A stretch of DNA of 64,000 bases from Spirochaetia bacterium (GTDB lineage: Bacteria > Spirochaetota > Spirochaetia > SZUA-6 > Bin103): contig CBDATQ010000002.1 in assembly GCA_965199955.1 (NCBI GenBank), positions 832,001 to 896,000 of the forward strand. Reading direction: 5' to 3'. The position numbers were made by a program, and so were the translations under genes. This document shows, piece by piece, positions 17,937 to 27,669 of the stretch (positions are counted from its first letter, which is position 1; each line of letters begins with the position of its first letter). Below the pieces are notes generated by a model, which was given only the letters and a program-made list of their open reading frames with translations, was not told the DNA's origin and did no database searches.

Positions 17937-18869
17937 ATGAATTCCCCAGTCCTGACGCCCGCGTCGTTCTCGCCTTCGACCACGTCCGTCGAAGACTTCG
18001 ACTTCACCGCAGGGCAGGTGGACGCCGACGCCATGACGGCGGCGTACCGCAGGGATGGCGCCGTGGTGGTGCGCGGGTTGTCCGACGACTACGTGGCGGA
18101 CCTGCTGCAGGACATGGAGGCGATCCTGGAGCAGAGCCAGGCGCTTCTTCCCGAGGCGGCGGCGGCCAAGCACCACGCCAACGCCGTGACGACGCCGGAC
18201 GGCACGTTGTTCAACGCCGACCCCAGCGATCCGGGACGCATGGTCGTCAACACGCTGCGGCTGAACGCCATGATCTCCGGCGCCTTCCTGCGCTCGCTGG
18301 TCAACCCCGAGCTGCTGGATCTGCTGGCGGCGCTGATCGGGCCGGACATCGAGCTGTGGAAGTGGGGCCAATGCGTCTACAAGCAGCCCAGGACCGGCGT
18401 GCCCAAGTCGCTGCACCAGGATGGGTACTACTTCGAGCACAAGCTGCAGAGCCCGACGGCCGTGCTCAGCTACGCGGTCGACGTCGACATGGGCAACGCC
18501 CCCCTGTACGTGGTGCCCGGCTCGCACGAACTGGGGCTGATCAGGCACGACGACGACCGCTGGGCCGGGTTCGCGCTCAACGATCCCGTGTGGTGGGAGC
18601 GCGCCGTACCGATCGAGGGCCGGGCCGGGGATGCCGTGATCTTCCATACCTGCACGATCCACGGCTCGCCGGACAACCGCTCGGACCGGCCGCGCCCGGT
18701 GTTCATCCAGCGCTACCGGCGCGCTGACGACTTCTGCGTGATCGACGTCGCCAACGTCGCCGACCGGCAACGCGCCGAGCAGGCGCCGGTCGCGGCCAAG
18801 ACGGAGGACGATTGGGGCCTGATGGTGCGCGGCATCCGCCGCTATCAGCCAGCGGAGGGCAATCGCTGA
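17937..18869 (+). CDS. PhyH-family dioxygenase
   Basis: YRRDGAVVV, LHQD, VVPGSH, AGDAVIFH..TIHGS. Confidence 0.9.
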   Translation: MNSPVLTPASFSPSTTSVEDFDFTAGQVDADAMTAAYRRDGAVVVRGLSDDYVADLLQDMEAILEQSQALLPEAAAAKHHANAVTTPDGTLFNADPSDPGRMVVNTLRLNAMISGAFLRSLVNPELLDLLAALIGPDIELWKWGQCVYKQPRTGVPKSLHQDGYYFEHKLQSPTAVLSYAVDVDMGNAPLYVVPGSHELGLIRHDDDRWAGFALNDPVWWERAVPIEGRAGDAVIFHTCTIHGSPDNRSDRPRPVFIQRYRRADDFCVIDVANVADRQRAEQAPVAAKTEDDWGLMVRGIRRYQPAEGNR

Positions 18870-18920
18870 GGGACGCTCGGCAAACATCGCGTACTGTCCT
18901 TTACGGAACAGGAGGTATGC

Positions 18921-19208
18921 ATGGTCGAGCTGATGGTGGTGCTGGCGCTCATGATCGCCCTGGTCGCGGTACGGGCCGTCCTCATGCGGAAGCGTGCGGG
19001 CAGGAAGGACTATCGCACCAGGGAACAACGCGCGAGCGCTGAACGTCCTGATCGTGTCGGCCTCTTCGGGCATGCCCGGCATCACCACGGGAGCGGCTGG
19101 GGTGGCGTCGCGGGCGGATACAGCTCCGGAGACTCCGGGGGCGGTGACTTCGGCGGCGCTGACTCGGGCGGAGGTGACTCCGGCGGTGGCGGAGACGGAG
19201 GCGAGTAA
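18921..19208 (+). CDS. Small single-pass membrane protein with Gly/Asp-rich tail
   Basis: GGAGG RBS; N-terminal hydrophobic helix followed by RKR; tail of GDSGG-like repeats. Confidence 0.6.
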   Translation: MVELMVVLALMIALVAVRAVLMRKRAGRKDYRTREQRASAERPDRVGLFGHARHHHGSGWGGVAGGYSSGDSGGGDFGGADSGGGDSGGGGDGGE

Positions 19209-19282
19209 CGCCCTCATTCGTACCTTTGCAGATGTACGACCACGCATGCCGGCAGCCTGACCTTGCCGGGATCCGGACGGTG

Positions 19283-19297
19283 CACTACGCTGTAGTG
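19283..19297. promoter_or_regulatory. Palindromic operator overlapping the -10 box of the antitoxin gene
   Basis: CACTAC-gct-GTAGTG overlaps TACGCT (19286-19291), which lies 8 nt before ATG 19300. Confidence 0.5.
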
Positions 19298-19299
19298 TA

Positions 19300-19584
19300 A
19301 TGCAGAAGAACGAAGTCTACAGTTGGCGGCTCGACGCGGCGCTGAAAGAGGCGCTGGAGAGGGCTGCTCGTGCCGAAGACACGAGCGTCGCGAGCTTGCT
19401 GCGAACGATCGTCACCGACTGGCTTGCGCGCAACTCGGCGAATGGAGACGACGCGGCTTCCCAGCTCCGGATGCGCAACCAGGCGCTCCGCTGCGCCGGA
19501 TCGATCCGGGGGGGCGATCCGAATCGAGCGGAACAGGCAAGCAGTCGCGTGCGAGCGGCGTTGCAGGATCGACGTGCGCGTTGA
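19300..19584 (+). CDS. vapB: Ribbon-helix-helix antitoxin
   Basis: VYSWRLDAALKEALERAARAEDTSVASLL; directly upstream of and overlapping a PIN gene. Confidence 0.75.
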   Translation: MQKNEVYSWRLDAALKEALERAARAEDTSVASLLRTIVTDWLARNSANGDDAASQLRMRNQALRCAGSIRGGDPNRAEQASSRVRAALQDRRAR

Positions 19585-19993
19585 GGGACTTGCCGACACC
19601 GGCGCTCTGCTCGCCTTCCTCGATGAGGACGACAAGTGGCACGAACGATGTGTCGCGACATTCGAGCGCCTGCGTCTCCCGCTCGGGACGACCGCTGCGG
19701 TTCTCGCCGAGCTGTTTCACCTGCTCGGCCACTCGGGAGAGCTGGCTCCAGCATGGGGACTGATCAGGTCGGATGCGATCACCGTTCTTCCCATCGTCGA
19801 TGACGATCTTCCGGCTCTCGATGAACTGATGAAGCGTTACGCCGACCGTCCCATGGACTTCGCGGACGCAACGCTGGTGCATGCCGCGGATCGCGAGGGG
19901 ATCACGACGGTGTTCACCATCGACCATGACGACTTTCAGACGTACCGAGTCGGCAGGCGGCGTCGGTTCCGGATCGCCCCCGAGCGCTGGTAG
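19574..19993 (+). CDS. vapC: PIN-domain toxin
   Basis: LADTGALLA..DD..H, VLAE, MDFADATL, TIDHDDF. Confidence 0.85.
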   Translation: MRVEGLADTGALLAFLDEDDKWHERCVATFERLRLPLGTTAAVLAELFHLLGHSGELAPAWGLIRSDAITVLPIVDDDLPALDELMKRYADRPMDFADATLVHAADREGITTVFTIDHDDFQTYRVGRRRRFRIAPERW

Positions 19994-20004
19994 ATCGGCT
20001 GGGC

Positions 20005-20511
20005 GTGTCACTGAACGAGTTGTGCCGTGCCGCACTTGCGGCTGCGGTGGATGCGGAAGCCGGCGGGGCGACCACGGAGGCGGCCTTGCCGGACCACGGG
20101 ATGCTGGCCCGGATCACCAAGTCCTATCGGCCGGACATCGTCGGGGTGATCCTGTTCGGCTCCCGTGCGCAGGGCACCGCGAGGCCGGACTCCGACTGGG
20201 ATGTCGTGCTGGTCATGACGCCGGCGACAGCGCTCTCACGCGATCTGTACCGGACCTGGGATGAGCGCATCGATCGCGGCACGCGGGATCCGGTGGTGAG
20301 TCCGCACTTCATCCATCTGCCACCTGCTGACGGCGGCGGATCGCTGTGGTTGGAGGCGGCGCTGCACGGCCAGGTGCTCTGGCAGCGCGACGCCGGCCTG
20401 ACGCGCCGCCTGGCGGGCGCCCGGGAGCGGATAGCGGCGGGGAAGGTGCGCTGGCGCGTCGCCTATGGAACCCCGTACTGGGTGCACGGGGAGCCGGATG
20501 TACAACTCTGA
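20005..20511 (+). CDS. Nucleotidyltransferase (MNT), possibly 5'-truncated
   Basis: LFGSRAQGTARPDSDWDV; begins with SLNELC, which looks like the tail of an RHH domain. Confidence 0.75.
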   Translation: MSLNELCRAALAAAVDAEAGGATTEAALPDHGMLARITKSYRPDIVGVILFGSRAQGTARPDSDWDVVLVMTPATALSRDLYRTWDERIDRGTRDPVVSPHFIHLPPADGGGSLWLEAALHGQVLWQRDAGLTRRLAGARERIAAGKVRWRVAYGTPYWVHGEPDVQL

Positions 20512-20917
20512 TCTCACCAGCGACTACCTGCAGCGCGCCGCCAGCAGGCTCAAGGCGATCGAGGTACTGCTGGCGGAATCGAGTTGGGCGGATGTCGTGC
20601 GCGAGTCACAGGAGGTGGTCGAGATCTGTCTCAAGGCGCTGCTTCGTCACGTCCGCATCGAGGTTCCGCGCCTGCACGACGTGAGTCCCGTGCTGGAGGA
20701 CAACCGCGATCGCCTGCCGGCGGCGGCGCTGTCGCACCTGGATCGACTGAGCGGCGTGTCGCGTTCGCTGCGGCGTGACCGCGAGTTGGCATTCTATGGG
20801 AGCGAGGATCTGACGCCGAACGCGTTCTATCGCCGGGAGGATGCGGAGAAGGCATTGCAGGACGCTTCATTCGTGCGCCGCACCGTGCTGGACGCGGTGG
20901 AGGAAGCGGATCCATAG
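20498..20917 (+). CDS. HEPN domain protein
   Basis: DVVRESQEVVEICLKALL, PRLHDV, LRRDRELAFYG; overlaps the MNT. Confidence 0.85.
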   Translation: MYNSDLTSDYLQRAASRLKAIEVLLAESSWADVVRESQEVVEICLKALLRHVRIEVPRLHDVSPVLEDNRDRLPAAALSHLDRLSGVSRSLRRDRELAFYGSEDLTPNAFYRREDAEKALQDASFVRRTVLDAVEEADP

Positions 20918-20989
20918 CTCATCGCCTCGTCCAGCGATAGAGCTACGTCTCGCAGGGGTCCTCCGGGGGGCTCAGCCACGTTCGCGTGA

Positions 20990-21116
20990 GTCGCGCGAGT
21001 TCACCGGGTCGCAGCCTGCCGGAAGCGGCCGATCCGAACAGAACGGCGAAGGTCAGGTGCGGAAAGCGCTCAAGCTCCGAGCCGACCGCCGAGGCGATCT
21101 CATCGGCGGCCGACAT
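20990..21116 (-). pseudogene. 5' stub of a further MNT gene
   Basis: MSAADEIASAV..FAVLFGSAASGRLRP, then similarity is lost before the DxD motif. Confidence 0.55.
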
Positions 21117-21155
21117 CGGTACCATCGTCGCACACCGGGAGGAGCCGAGCGGCTG

Positions 21156-22214
21156 TCATGCCAGCCGCTCCCACCGGGCGGGGTCGATGGCGCCGGTCAC
21201 CGGCCGGCCCGCGAAGAAGTCCTCCAGCGCGGCTACCGTGGCATCGCCGATGCGGCGGTGGCCGTAGCGGCCGTGGCCGGCCACGTGCGGCGTCAGGATC
21301 ACGTTGGGCATCGCGCGCAGCGGACTGTCGGCGGGCGGGGGCTCGGGAGTCGTGACGTCAAGCGCCACCCGGATCCGGCCGGTGGACGCCTCCCGGATCA
21401 GGGCGTCGTGGTCGATCAGGCTTCCCCGCGCGGTGTTGACCAGCACGGCGCCATCACGCAACAGGCGGAGCTGCTCGGTGCCCACCATACGGTCGGTCTC
21501 CGGGATGCTCGGCGCGTGCAGGGACACGATGTCCGAGCGGGCGAACAGGTCGTTCAACTGCGCTTTCTCGACTTCCATTCTTTCCGCTCCCTCCGCGGTC
21601 AGAAACGGGTCGTAGACCAGCATCCGCACCGCGAACGGGCGCAGTACCCGGATGACCTCGCGGCCAACGTCGCTGGCGCCGACGATGCCGACGGTGGCGC
21701 CGGTCAGGTACTGCTCACCCACCGGGATCGCAGGCGTTCGCCAGCCGCCGGTGCCGCGCACGTGCAGAGCGTGCTCCATCAGCCGCTTCGCGCTCATGAT
21801 GATCAGGCCCAGCGTGGTCTCGGCCACGTTGTGGGCGATCGGCACCGTGGCCGTGCACACGCAGATGCGGCGCGGGACGATGTAGCGGTCCCACACTTGG
21901 TCCAGCATGCGGCGCACCGAGCCGGCCGAGTGGGCGATGATCCGCAGCCGGTCGGCCGCCTGCATCACCGCGGGCGTGATCGCCGGCGGTCCGCCGGAAG
22001 CCGGGGCCGCCCAGCCGGTGATCAGCGCATCGTGTCCGCCGATCAGGGAGCAGACCTCCCCCTCCGTCAGGTCGCTCTCGCCCTCGTTGCCGGTCACCTC
22101 GAAGCGTTCCTGCAGGCGCGCCCAGGACTCGGGGGTGAACACCTTCTCTCTGTGCTCGCGGCCGGGCAGCAGCAACACGCGCGGCCTGCGCGGCGTGGCG
22201 GTGTCAGCCGGCAT
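21156..22214 (-). CDS. D-isomer-specific 2-hydroxyacid dehydrogenase
   Basis: GIVGASDVG, YDP, DIVSLHAP, VNTARG, LDVTTPEP, LTPHVAG. Confidence 0.9.
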   Translation of the reverse strand: MPADTATPRRPRVLLLPGREHREKVFTPESWARLQERFEVTGNEGESDLTEGEVCSLIGGHDALITGWAAPASGGPPAITPAVMQAADRLRIIAHSAGSVRRMLDQVWDRYIVPRRICVCTATVPIAHNVAETTLGLIIMSAKRLMEHALHVRGTGGWRTPAIPVGEQYLTGATVGIVGASDVGREVIRVLRPFAVRMLVYDPFLTAEGAERMEVEKAQLNDLFARSDIVSLHAPSIPETDRMVGTEQLRLLRDGAVLVNTARGSLIDHDALIREASTGRIRVALDVTTPEPPPADSPLRAMPNVILTPHVAGHGRYGHRRIGDATVAALEDFFAGRPVTGAIDPARWERLA

Positions 22215-23670
22215 GGTGCGCTGCCCCCGTGCTGTCGAGCTCGGAGTCACCCGTGGCGAGCTGCCAGTCGCGGATGCGGGCGGTGAGGTCGCGGCAGCGT
22301 TCGGCGTGCTCCGGGCGGAAGGCCAAGTTGGCCGTCTCGCCCGGATCGTCGTTCAGGTCGTAGAGCTCGTGCTGGCCGGCGGGGCTCAGGCAGAATTTCC
22401 ACCCCTCGGGCGTGACGATGCAGCGCACGGCGTCGGCCAGGTCGGCCAGCCCGGCCTCGCGCGTGGTCACCTCGGCCAGGTAGTCGGGCAGCGGGTCGCG
22501 CTTCAAGTCTTCGTGGACCAGGTAGTTTATGTCCGTCCACTCCACGAACGCCGGCCGCGGCGGCGGATCGGTGCCGTCCAGCCACGGGGTGAGCGACGTG
22601 CCTTGCAGGTGCTCGGGCGCGGCGACGCCCAGCTCGTCGAGCACGGTTGGCACGATATCCACGTGACCGACCGGCGCGTGCACGTGCCGGGCTTGGCGCT
22701 GCCCCGGCCGGCTGACCAGCAGCGGCACGCCGATCGACTCCTCGTACATCAGGTTCTTGCCGAAGAGCTGGTGGCTGCCGGCCAGCTCGCCGTGATCGGC
22801 GGTGAGGATCACCAGTGTGTCATCGGCCGCGCCCGAGGCGTCGAGCTGGTCGAACACCCGGTCGAGCGCTCGGTCGACCTGCGTACACAGGCCCCAGTAG
22901 CGCTGGATCAAGAGGCGCCACGCCAGCTCGGAGCGCAGGGCGATGCCGTCCTTGCGGTGGTGCAGCACGGACAGGTGCTCCAGCAGCGCCTTGCGCGGCT
23001 GATCCGGGCCGGGCGGATGGTGCCAGTTGTCCGGCAGCGGCACCTGGTCGAACGGATGCAGGTCGTCCAGGGGTCCGGACAGCGGGTCGTGGGGTTCGTA
23101 GAAGCAGAGGGTGAGGGCGAACGGCCTGCCCGCGTGGCGGCGGATGAAGTCACACGCCTTGGCCGCGATGTTGGACGGGCCGCCCAGGTGCTCGGGGATG
23201 GCGGGCCGGTCCGCCTTGCCGAAGCGTACGCCGTCGACCGGCGTGAGGCCGTGCGCGCGCAGCAGATGATCGGGCGCGATGTCATTGAAGTCGAGTTCGT
23301 CGATGGCGCAGGCGCGCGGCGCCGGCCCGTCGGCATAGCGGTGGCTGCCGCTGCGGCCGAAGAACCCGCAGACCCAGCGATCGTCGAGCAGATCGGTCAG
23401 GCATCGGATGTGGTCGTGCATGGGATGCCGGCCCAGCGTGACCTGGCCGTTGTAGTGCGGCCAAGTGCCCGTGAACAGGCAGGCGCGCGCCGGACCGCAC
23501 ACCGGCTGGGCGCAGTAGGCGCGGCGAAAGACGGTGCTCCGCTCGGCCAGCGTGTTCATGCGCGGCACCTGGATGCGGTCGTTGCCGTAGGCGGCCAGGG
23601 TGGAGCGCGCCTGCTGATCGGTGACGATCAGCAGCAGGTTCGGAGACGTGGACGAGGAGCGCTGGGCCAT
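22204..23670 (-). CDS. Cys-type sulfatase
   Basis: NLLLIVTDQ, CGPARA..TG (CxPxR), EPHDP, ADHGE, ELYDLNDDPGETANL. Confidence 0.9.
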   Translation of the reverse strand: MAQRSSSTSPNLLLIVTDQQARSTLAAYGNDRIQVPRMNTLAERSTVFRRAYCAQPVCGPARACLFTGTWPHYNGQVTLGRHPMHDHIRCLTDLLDDRWVCGFFGRSGSHRYADGPAPRACAIDELDFNDIAPDHLLRAHGLTPVDGVRFGKADRPAIPEHLGGPSNIAAKACDFIRRHAGRPFALTLCFYEPHDPLSGPLDDLHPFDQVPLPDNWHHPPGPDQPRKALLEHLSVLHHRKDGIALRSELAWRLLIQRYWGLCTQVDRALDRVFDQLDASGAADDTLVILTADHGELAGSHQLFGKNLMYEESIGVPLLVSRPGQRQARHVHAPVGHVDIVPTVLDELGVAAPEHLQGTSLTPWLDGTDPPPRPAFVEWTDINYLVHEDLKRDPLPDYLAEVTTREAGLADLADAVRCIVTPEGWKFCLSPAGQHELYDLNDDPGETANLAFRPEHAERCRDLTARIRDWQLATGDSELDSTGAAHHAG

Positions 23671-23686
23671 CGCGGACGGCTCGGCC

Positions 23687-24514
23687 TCAGGCCACCGCCG
23701 GCTCGATGCGGCGCCGCTCCTGCTGCGTTCTGCCGTCCGGGTCCGGGGTGATCGCAGCGCCGGCCGGCATGTAGATCACGTTCATGGCCCGCCGCCGCCG
23801 GTCGGTCGGATTGGGGTCGGAGCCGTGCAGCACGCGCGGGTTCAGCAGATAGGACTCGCCGGCCGCGGCGGTGAGGACCACTTTCTCCCCGTCGTTCTCC
23901 TGAGCGGTCGCCCGGGAACGGGCGCGGGCCGTGACTTCCTGCCACGGCAGGCCGTCGGCATCGAAGTGCTGGGCATCGAAGTGCTGGGCATCGGAATGCT
24001 GGGCATCGGAATGCTGGCTGCCCGGCAGGATGTACATGGCGCCGTTGTCGGCACCGGCGTCGTCGAGCGCGGTCCAGATCGTGAAATAGGGAGTGCCGGG
24101 AACCGGAAAGCCGGTGCCCGTGTCCTGGTGCCAGCCGAGAGCGGTGCCGCCGTGCGCGGGCTTCATCAGGATCATCGCCCGGTGGATGGCAAGCGGCTGC
24201 GGGACGAGCTGGTGAATCACATCGAGCATCGCCGGACCGGTGATCACCGGGTAGAAGACCGGATCCCACTCCAGGCCGCCGATCTTGCGGTAGCCGTCGG
24301 AGGCGCCCGCGTACGCGTAGCCGGTGGAGTCGTAACCGGCGTGGTGCCACTTCTCGTCAAGCTGGAAGCCGACCCGGCCCGGAGGGACGCGGCCGGAGGT
24401 CAGGTCGTCCGTGCGGCGGCTGAGCGCCTCCAGCTCTCCGGCGCTCATCACCGCTCCGAGCGGCAGGTAGCCGTCGGCACGGAATCGATCGAGCTGTTCG
24501 CCGGTGAGCGCCAT
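23687..24514 (-). CDS. PhyH-family dioxygenase with in-frame tandem repeat
   Basis: FRADGYL, WHQD, TIWTALDD, ILPGSQ, VLHGS. Confidence 0.85.
   Translation of the reverse strand: MALTGEQLDRFRADGYLPLGAVMSAGELEALSRRTDDLTSGRVPPGRVGFQLDEKWHHAGYDSTGYAYAGASDGYRKIGGLEWDPVFYPVITGPAMLDVIHQLVPQPLAIHRAMILMKPAHGGTALGWHQDTGTGFPVPGTPYFTIWTALDDAGADNGAMYILPGSQHSDAQHSDAQHFDAQHFDADGLPWQEVTARARSRATAQENDGEKVVLTAAAGESYLLNPRVLHGSDPNPTDRRRRAMNVIYMPAGAAITPDPDGRTQQERRRIEPAVA
23957..24016. repeat. 4 x 15-bp tandem repeat inside the PhyH gene
   Basis: 2 x GGCATCGAAGTGCTG followed by 2 x GGCATCGGAATGCTG; encodes QHSDA QHSDA QHFDA QHFDA. Confidence 0.9.
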
Positions 24515-24518
24515 CGGT

Positions 24519-24911
24519 CTACTCCTCGGCCGGCGCGTCGCGCAGCTTTTCCAGGATGAACTCGTTGCCTAGGCCGTAGGTCTTCGACTCGTCCATCATC
24601 AGCGCCATGTTCGGGAAGCTGATGATGCGCCAGCCGTCGTTCATCGCCTTCAGCACGCTCTGGTACGGCCAGTCCTCGGGATCCTCGGGACACGCCTTGA
24701 CCTCGCCGTCCTCGACCAGGGCCATGCCGTTGACCTTGGAGGTGACCGACGAGAACAGCGTCCACAGGTAGAGGACATCCTGCCGGTGGCCGTTGCCGCG
24801 CATCGCGCGAGCTGCTTCCGCGCAGGCGCGCAGGCGCTCCGCCGGCAGCCGGTCCGACTCCAGAAGCCGGACGCACTCCTGCAGCTCGTCAGCCAGCTTG
24901 TCCGCGTCCAT
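24519..24911 (-). CDS. Small hypothetical protein (130 aa), PhyH-associated, copy 1
   Basis: RQDVLYL..WPYQSV..DGWRII.FP..TYGLGNEFILEK; stop is 4 nt before the PhyH start; paralog at 28409. Confidence 0.8.
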   Translation of the reverse strand: MDADKLADELQECVRLLESDRLPAERLRACAEAARAMRGNGHRQDVLYLWTLFSSVTSKVNGMALVEDGEVKACPEDPEDWPYQSVLKAMNDGWRIISFPNMALMMDESKTYGLGNEFILEKLRDAPAEE

Positions 24912-24972
24912 GGGAGCACGCTGTTCCGTCACCTCGTGCGCTGTCAACAGCTCGACGCCGCGCGGCCCGCCG

Positions 24973-25359
24973 TCACCAGATCGTGTCGGCGCCGAGCGCG
25001 CCGATCGCCGGATCGGGCGTCGCGACGCTGATTTTCTGAACCATCGCCTGCGCGGCGATCATCCGGTCGAAGGGATCACGATGGGCGTGGGGGAGGGCGC
25101 CCGCGCGCAGCGCATGTGCGCCGGCGATCGTGAGTTGGCGATAGCCGTCCTGAGCCAGCCGGTCGTCCCACTCCTCGATGACCTGGCAGCCCGCCGGGTA
25201 GTTGCCCAGCCGGTGCTGCGTGGCGATCTCCCAGGCGCTCGCGGCGCTGACCCACACCTTGTTGTGCGGATCCTCGAGCAGTCCGCGCACCCGGCTGCTG
25301 AGCTTCTCGGGCTCTGCCCAGGCCCACAGCAGCGTGCGAGTATCGAGCAGGAGCCTCAT
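24973..25359 (-). CDS. vapC: PIN-domain toxin
   Basis: LLLDT, SAASAWEIA, HRDPFDRMIAAQA. Confidence 0.9.
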   Translation of the reverse strand: MRLLLDTRTLLWAWAEPEKLSSRVRGLLEDPHNKVWVSAASAWEIATQHRLGNYPAGCQVIEEWDDRLAQDGYRQLTIAGAHALRAGALPHAHRDPFDRMIAAQAMVQKISVATPDPAIGALGADTIW

Positions 25360-25595
25360 CGGCCCCCGTCCCAAGCGGTGAGCTCGGCATCGTCGAGCGG
25401 CTGCACGAACGAGTCCGGCACCGCGCCGTCCCGATCGCGGTGCCGCCCCAACTCGCGCGGCGGAGGCGTCGCCAGTGGCACGAGCCGGACGCAGCGAACA
25501 CCCGCCTTGGCGATCACGATCTCCTCCCCGGCGTGTGCCCGGTCAACCAGCCGCGCGAGTTGGGGCACCGCCTCGTGCACGCTCAGCATCGTCAT
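25356..25595 (-). CDS. Phd/YefM-family antitoxin
   Basis: SVHEA..LARLVDRAHAGEEIVIAKAG...RLVP; ATG 6 nt after TATGCT; 4-nt overlap with vapC. Confidence 0.85.
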   Translation of the reverse strand: MTMLSVHEAVPQLARLVDRAHAGEEIVIAKAGVRCVRLVPLATPPPRELGRHRDRDGAVPDSFVQPLDDAELTAWDGGR

Positions 25596-25677
25596 GCCGC
25601 GAGCATAGTCCGCCTCCCCACGTCGGTCGACGAACGTCCTGGATCGGATGTTGCCCATCCCCGGAGGATGGACTAAA

Positions 25678-27669
25678 CCGAAGTTCCAGAGCGTGAATCT
25701 CTCGTAACTTCATTGACAGAAATTAGTTGCAAGGTGATCTGCGTGCTGATTGGCGTCGTTTCGTGTCCATGTAGATGGTGGTGAATAGCGGCGAGATACA
25801 TGCTATTTGATCTTGACATATCGTGACTTGTGTGCATGCTGTTGCCACAGATCGGTAGTCATGTACATCGAGTCTGTCCCCAACCGCTCCTCTCCCCCTG
25901 CCATCCTGCTCCGCGAGTCCTACCGCGAGCACGGCAAGGTCAAGAAGCGCACGCTCGCGAACCTCTCCAAATGGCCCCCTGATCTGGTCGACGGCTTGCG
26001 CACCCTGCTCAAGGGCGGCCACGCCTTCGCCTCGGTCTCGGATGCGTTGCTGCTCACGCGCTCGCTGCCCCACGGCCACGTCGCCGCCGTGCTGGGCATC
26101 CTCAAGCAGCTCGGACTCCATACCCTCATCGCCCGCAAGGCCAGCCGCTCGCGCGAGCTGATCATCGCCATGATCACCGCCCGCGTCATCGACGCGCAGT
26201 CCAAACTGGCCACCGCCCGCGCGCTCTCACCGCCCAGCGCCGTGTCCACCCTGGGCGAGTCGCTGCGGTTGGGGGAGGTCGATGAGAACGAGCTCTACGA
26301 GGCGATGGACTGGTTGGTCGGGCGCCAGGCGGCGATCGAGGACCGCCTGGCCGAACAGCACCTCAGCGAGCACACGCTGGTGCTCTACGACGTGAGCTCG
26401 ACCTACTTCGAGGGCAGCCACTGCGAGCTGGCGCAGTTGGGACACAGCCGTGACGGCAAGTCGGGCACGCTGCAGATCGTGTTCGGGCTGCTGTGCACCC
26501 AGGAAGGCTGTCCGGTGGCGGTGGAGGTATTCCCTGGCTCTACCGCCGACCCGAAGACGGTGAGCGCGCAGGTGGACAAGATCCGCACCCGCTTCGGACT
26601 CACGCGGGTGGTGCTGGTCGGCGACCGCGGGATGCTGAGCGCGGCGAGGATCCGCGAGGACCTGCAAGAGGTGGAGGGGCTGCGCTGGATCACCACGCTG
26701 CGCGCGCCGACGATCCGCAAGCTGGTGGCCGCCGGCGAGGTGGCGCCGTCGTTGTTCGACGAGCGCGACCTGGCCGAGATCACCAGCGAGGAGTTTCCGG
26801 GCGAGCGGCTGATCGTGTGCCGCAACCCGTTGCTGGCCGACGAACGGGAGCGCAAGCGCCAGGAGCTGCTACAGGCCACCGAGCAGAAGCTGGCCCCGAT
26901 CGCTCAGGCCACCCAGCGCGTCCATCAGCCGCTACGGGGCGAGGCCGAGATCGGCATGCGGGTCGGCAAGGTGATCAATCACTACAAGGTGGGCAAGCAC
27001 TTCGTGACCGAGATCACCTCCGAGTCGTTCAGCTTTCGGCGCGATGAGGCCAAGATCGACGCCGAGCAGGCGCTGGACGGGCTGTACATCGTGCGCAGCA
27101 ACGTGGAGCCGCAGGTGCTCGACGCGGCGCAGACGGTGCGCGCCTACAAGGGGCTGTCGAAGGTGGAGCGGGCGTTTCGGTGCATGAAGTCCGTGGACCT
27201 GAAGGTGCGCCCGATTCACCACCGGCGCGCGGATCGAGTGCGGGCGCACGTGCTGCTGTGCATGCTGGCCTACTACGTGGAGTGGCACATGCGGCGCTCG
27301 TTGGCGCCGTTGCTGTTCGACGATCACGATCGACAGGGCGCCGAGCGCAAGCGGGTCTCCGAGGTGGCTCCGGCGCAGCGATCGGCGGCCGCGGCGGCCA
27401 AGGCGTCGAGCAAGCGCACCGAGGACGGGTTGCCGGTGCACAGCTTTCGGACGCTGATCACTGAACTGGGCACGCTGACGGCGAACACGATGCAGGTTGC
27501 AGAGGGCGGCAGCACGTTCACGCTGCACACGCACCCGACGCCGGTTCAGCAGCGCTGTTTCGAGCTGCTTGGGGTCACGCCCCGCATGTAGCCATGCACA
27601 GGAACCTGCACCATTGAGAAACTACCCTGACCACAAGGACTTCAGGCAATTTCGCTCCTGGAACTTCGG
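25678..27669 (+). mobile_element. IS1634-family insertion sequence, complete (1992 bp)
   Basis: Terminal inverted repeats CCGAAGTTCCAG (25678-25689) and CTGGAACTTCGG (27658-27669); flanking direct repeat ACTAAA at 25672-25677 and 27670-27675. Confidence 0.92.
25861..27591 (+). CDS. IS1634-family DDE transposase
   Basis: MYIESVPNR..LLRESYRE.GKVKKRTLANLS, LYDVSSTYFEG, VGDRGM, YKGLSKVERAFR.MK, RVRAHVLLCMLAY. Confidence 0.92.
   Translation: MYIESVPNRSSPPAILLRESYREHGKVKKRTLANLSKWPPDLVDGLRTLLKGGHAFASVSDALLLTRSLPHGHVAAVLGILKQLGLHTLIARKASRSRELIIAMITARVIDAQSKLATARALSPPSAVSTLGESLRLGEVDENELYEAMDWLVGRQAAIEDRLAEQHLSEHTLVLYDVSSTYFEGSHCELAQLGHSRDGKSGTLQIVFGLLCTQEGCPVAVEVFPGSTADPKTVSAQVDKIRTRFGLTRVVLVGDRGMLSAARIREDLQEVEGLRWITTLRAPTIRKLVAAGEVAPSLFDERDLAEITSEEFPGERLIVCRNPLLADERERKRQELLQATEQKLAPIAQATQRVHQPLRGEAEIGMRVGKVINHYKVGKHFVTEITSESFSFRRDEAKIDAEQALDGLYIVRSNVEPQVLDAAQTVRAYKGLSKVERAFRCMKSVDLKVRPIHHRRADRVRAHVLLCMLAYYVEWHMRRSLAPLLFDDHDRQGAERKRVSEVAPAQRSAAAAAKASSKRTEDGLPVHSFRTLITELGTLTANTMQVAEGGSTFTLHTHPTPVQQRCFELLGVTPRM

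Noticed and set aside
19128..19205. 15-nt periodicity in the Gly-rich tail
   Set aside because: Ordinary low-complexity GDSGG coding repeat common in small membrane proteins.
23957..24016. Possible CRISPR array
   Set aside because: Contiguous 15-mers with no spacers, in frame within a gene, and no cas genes.
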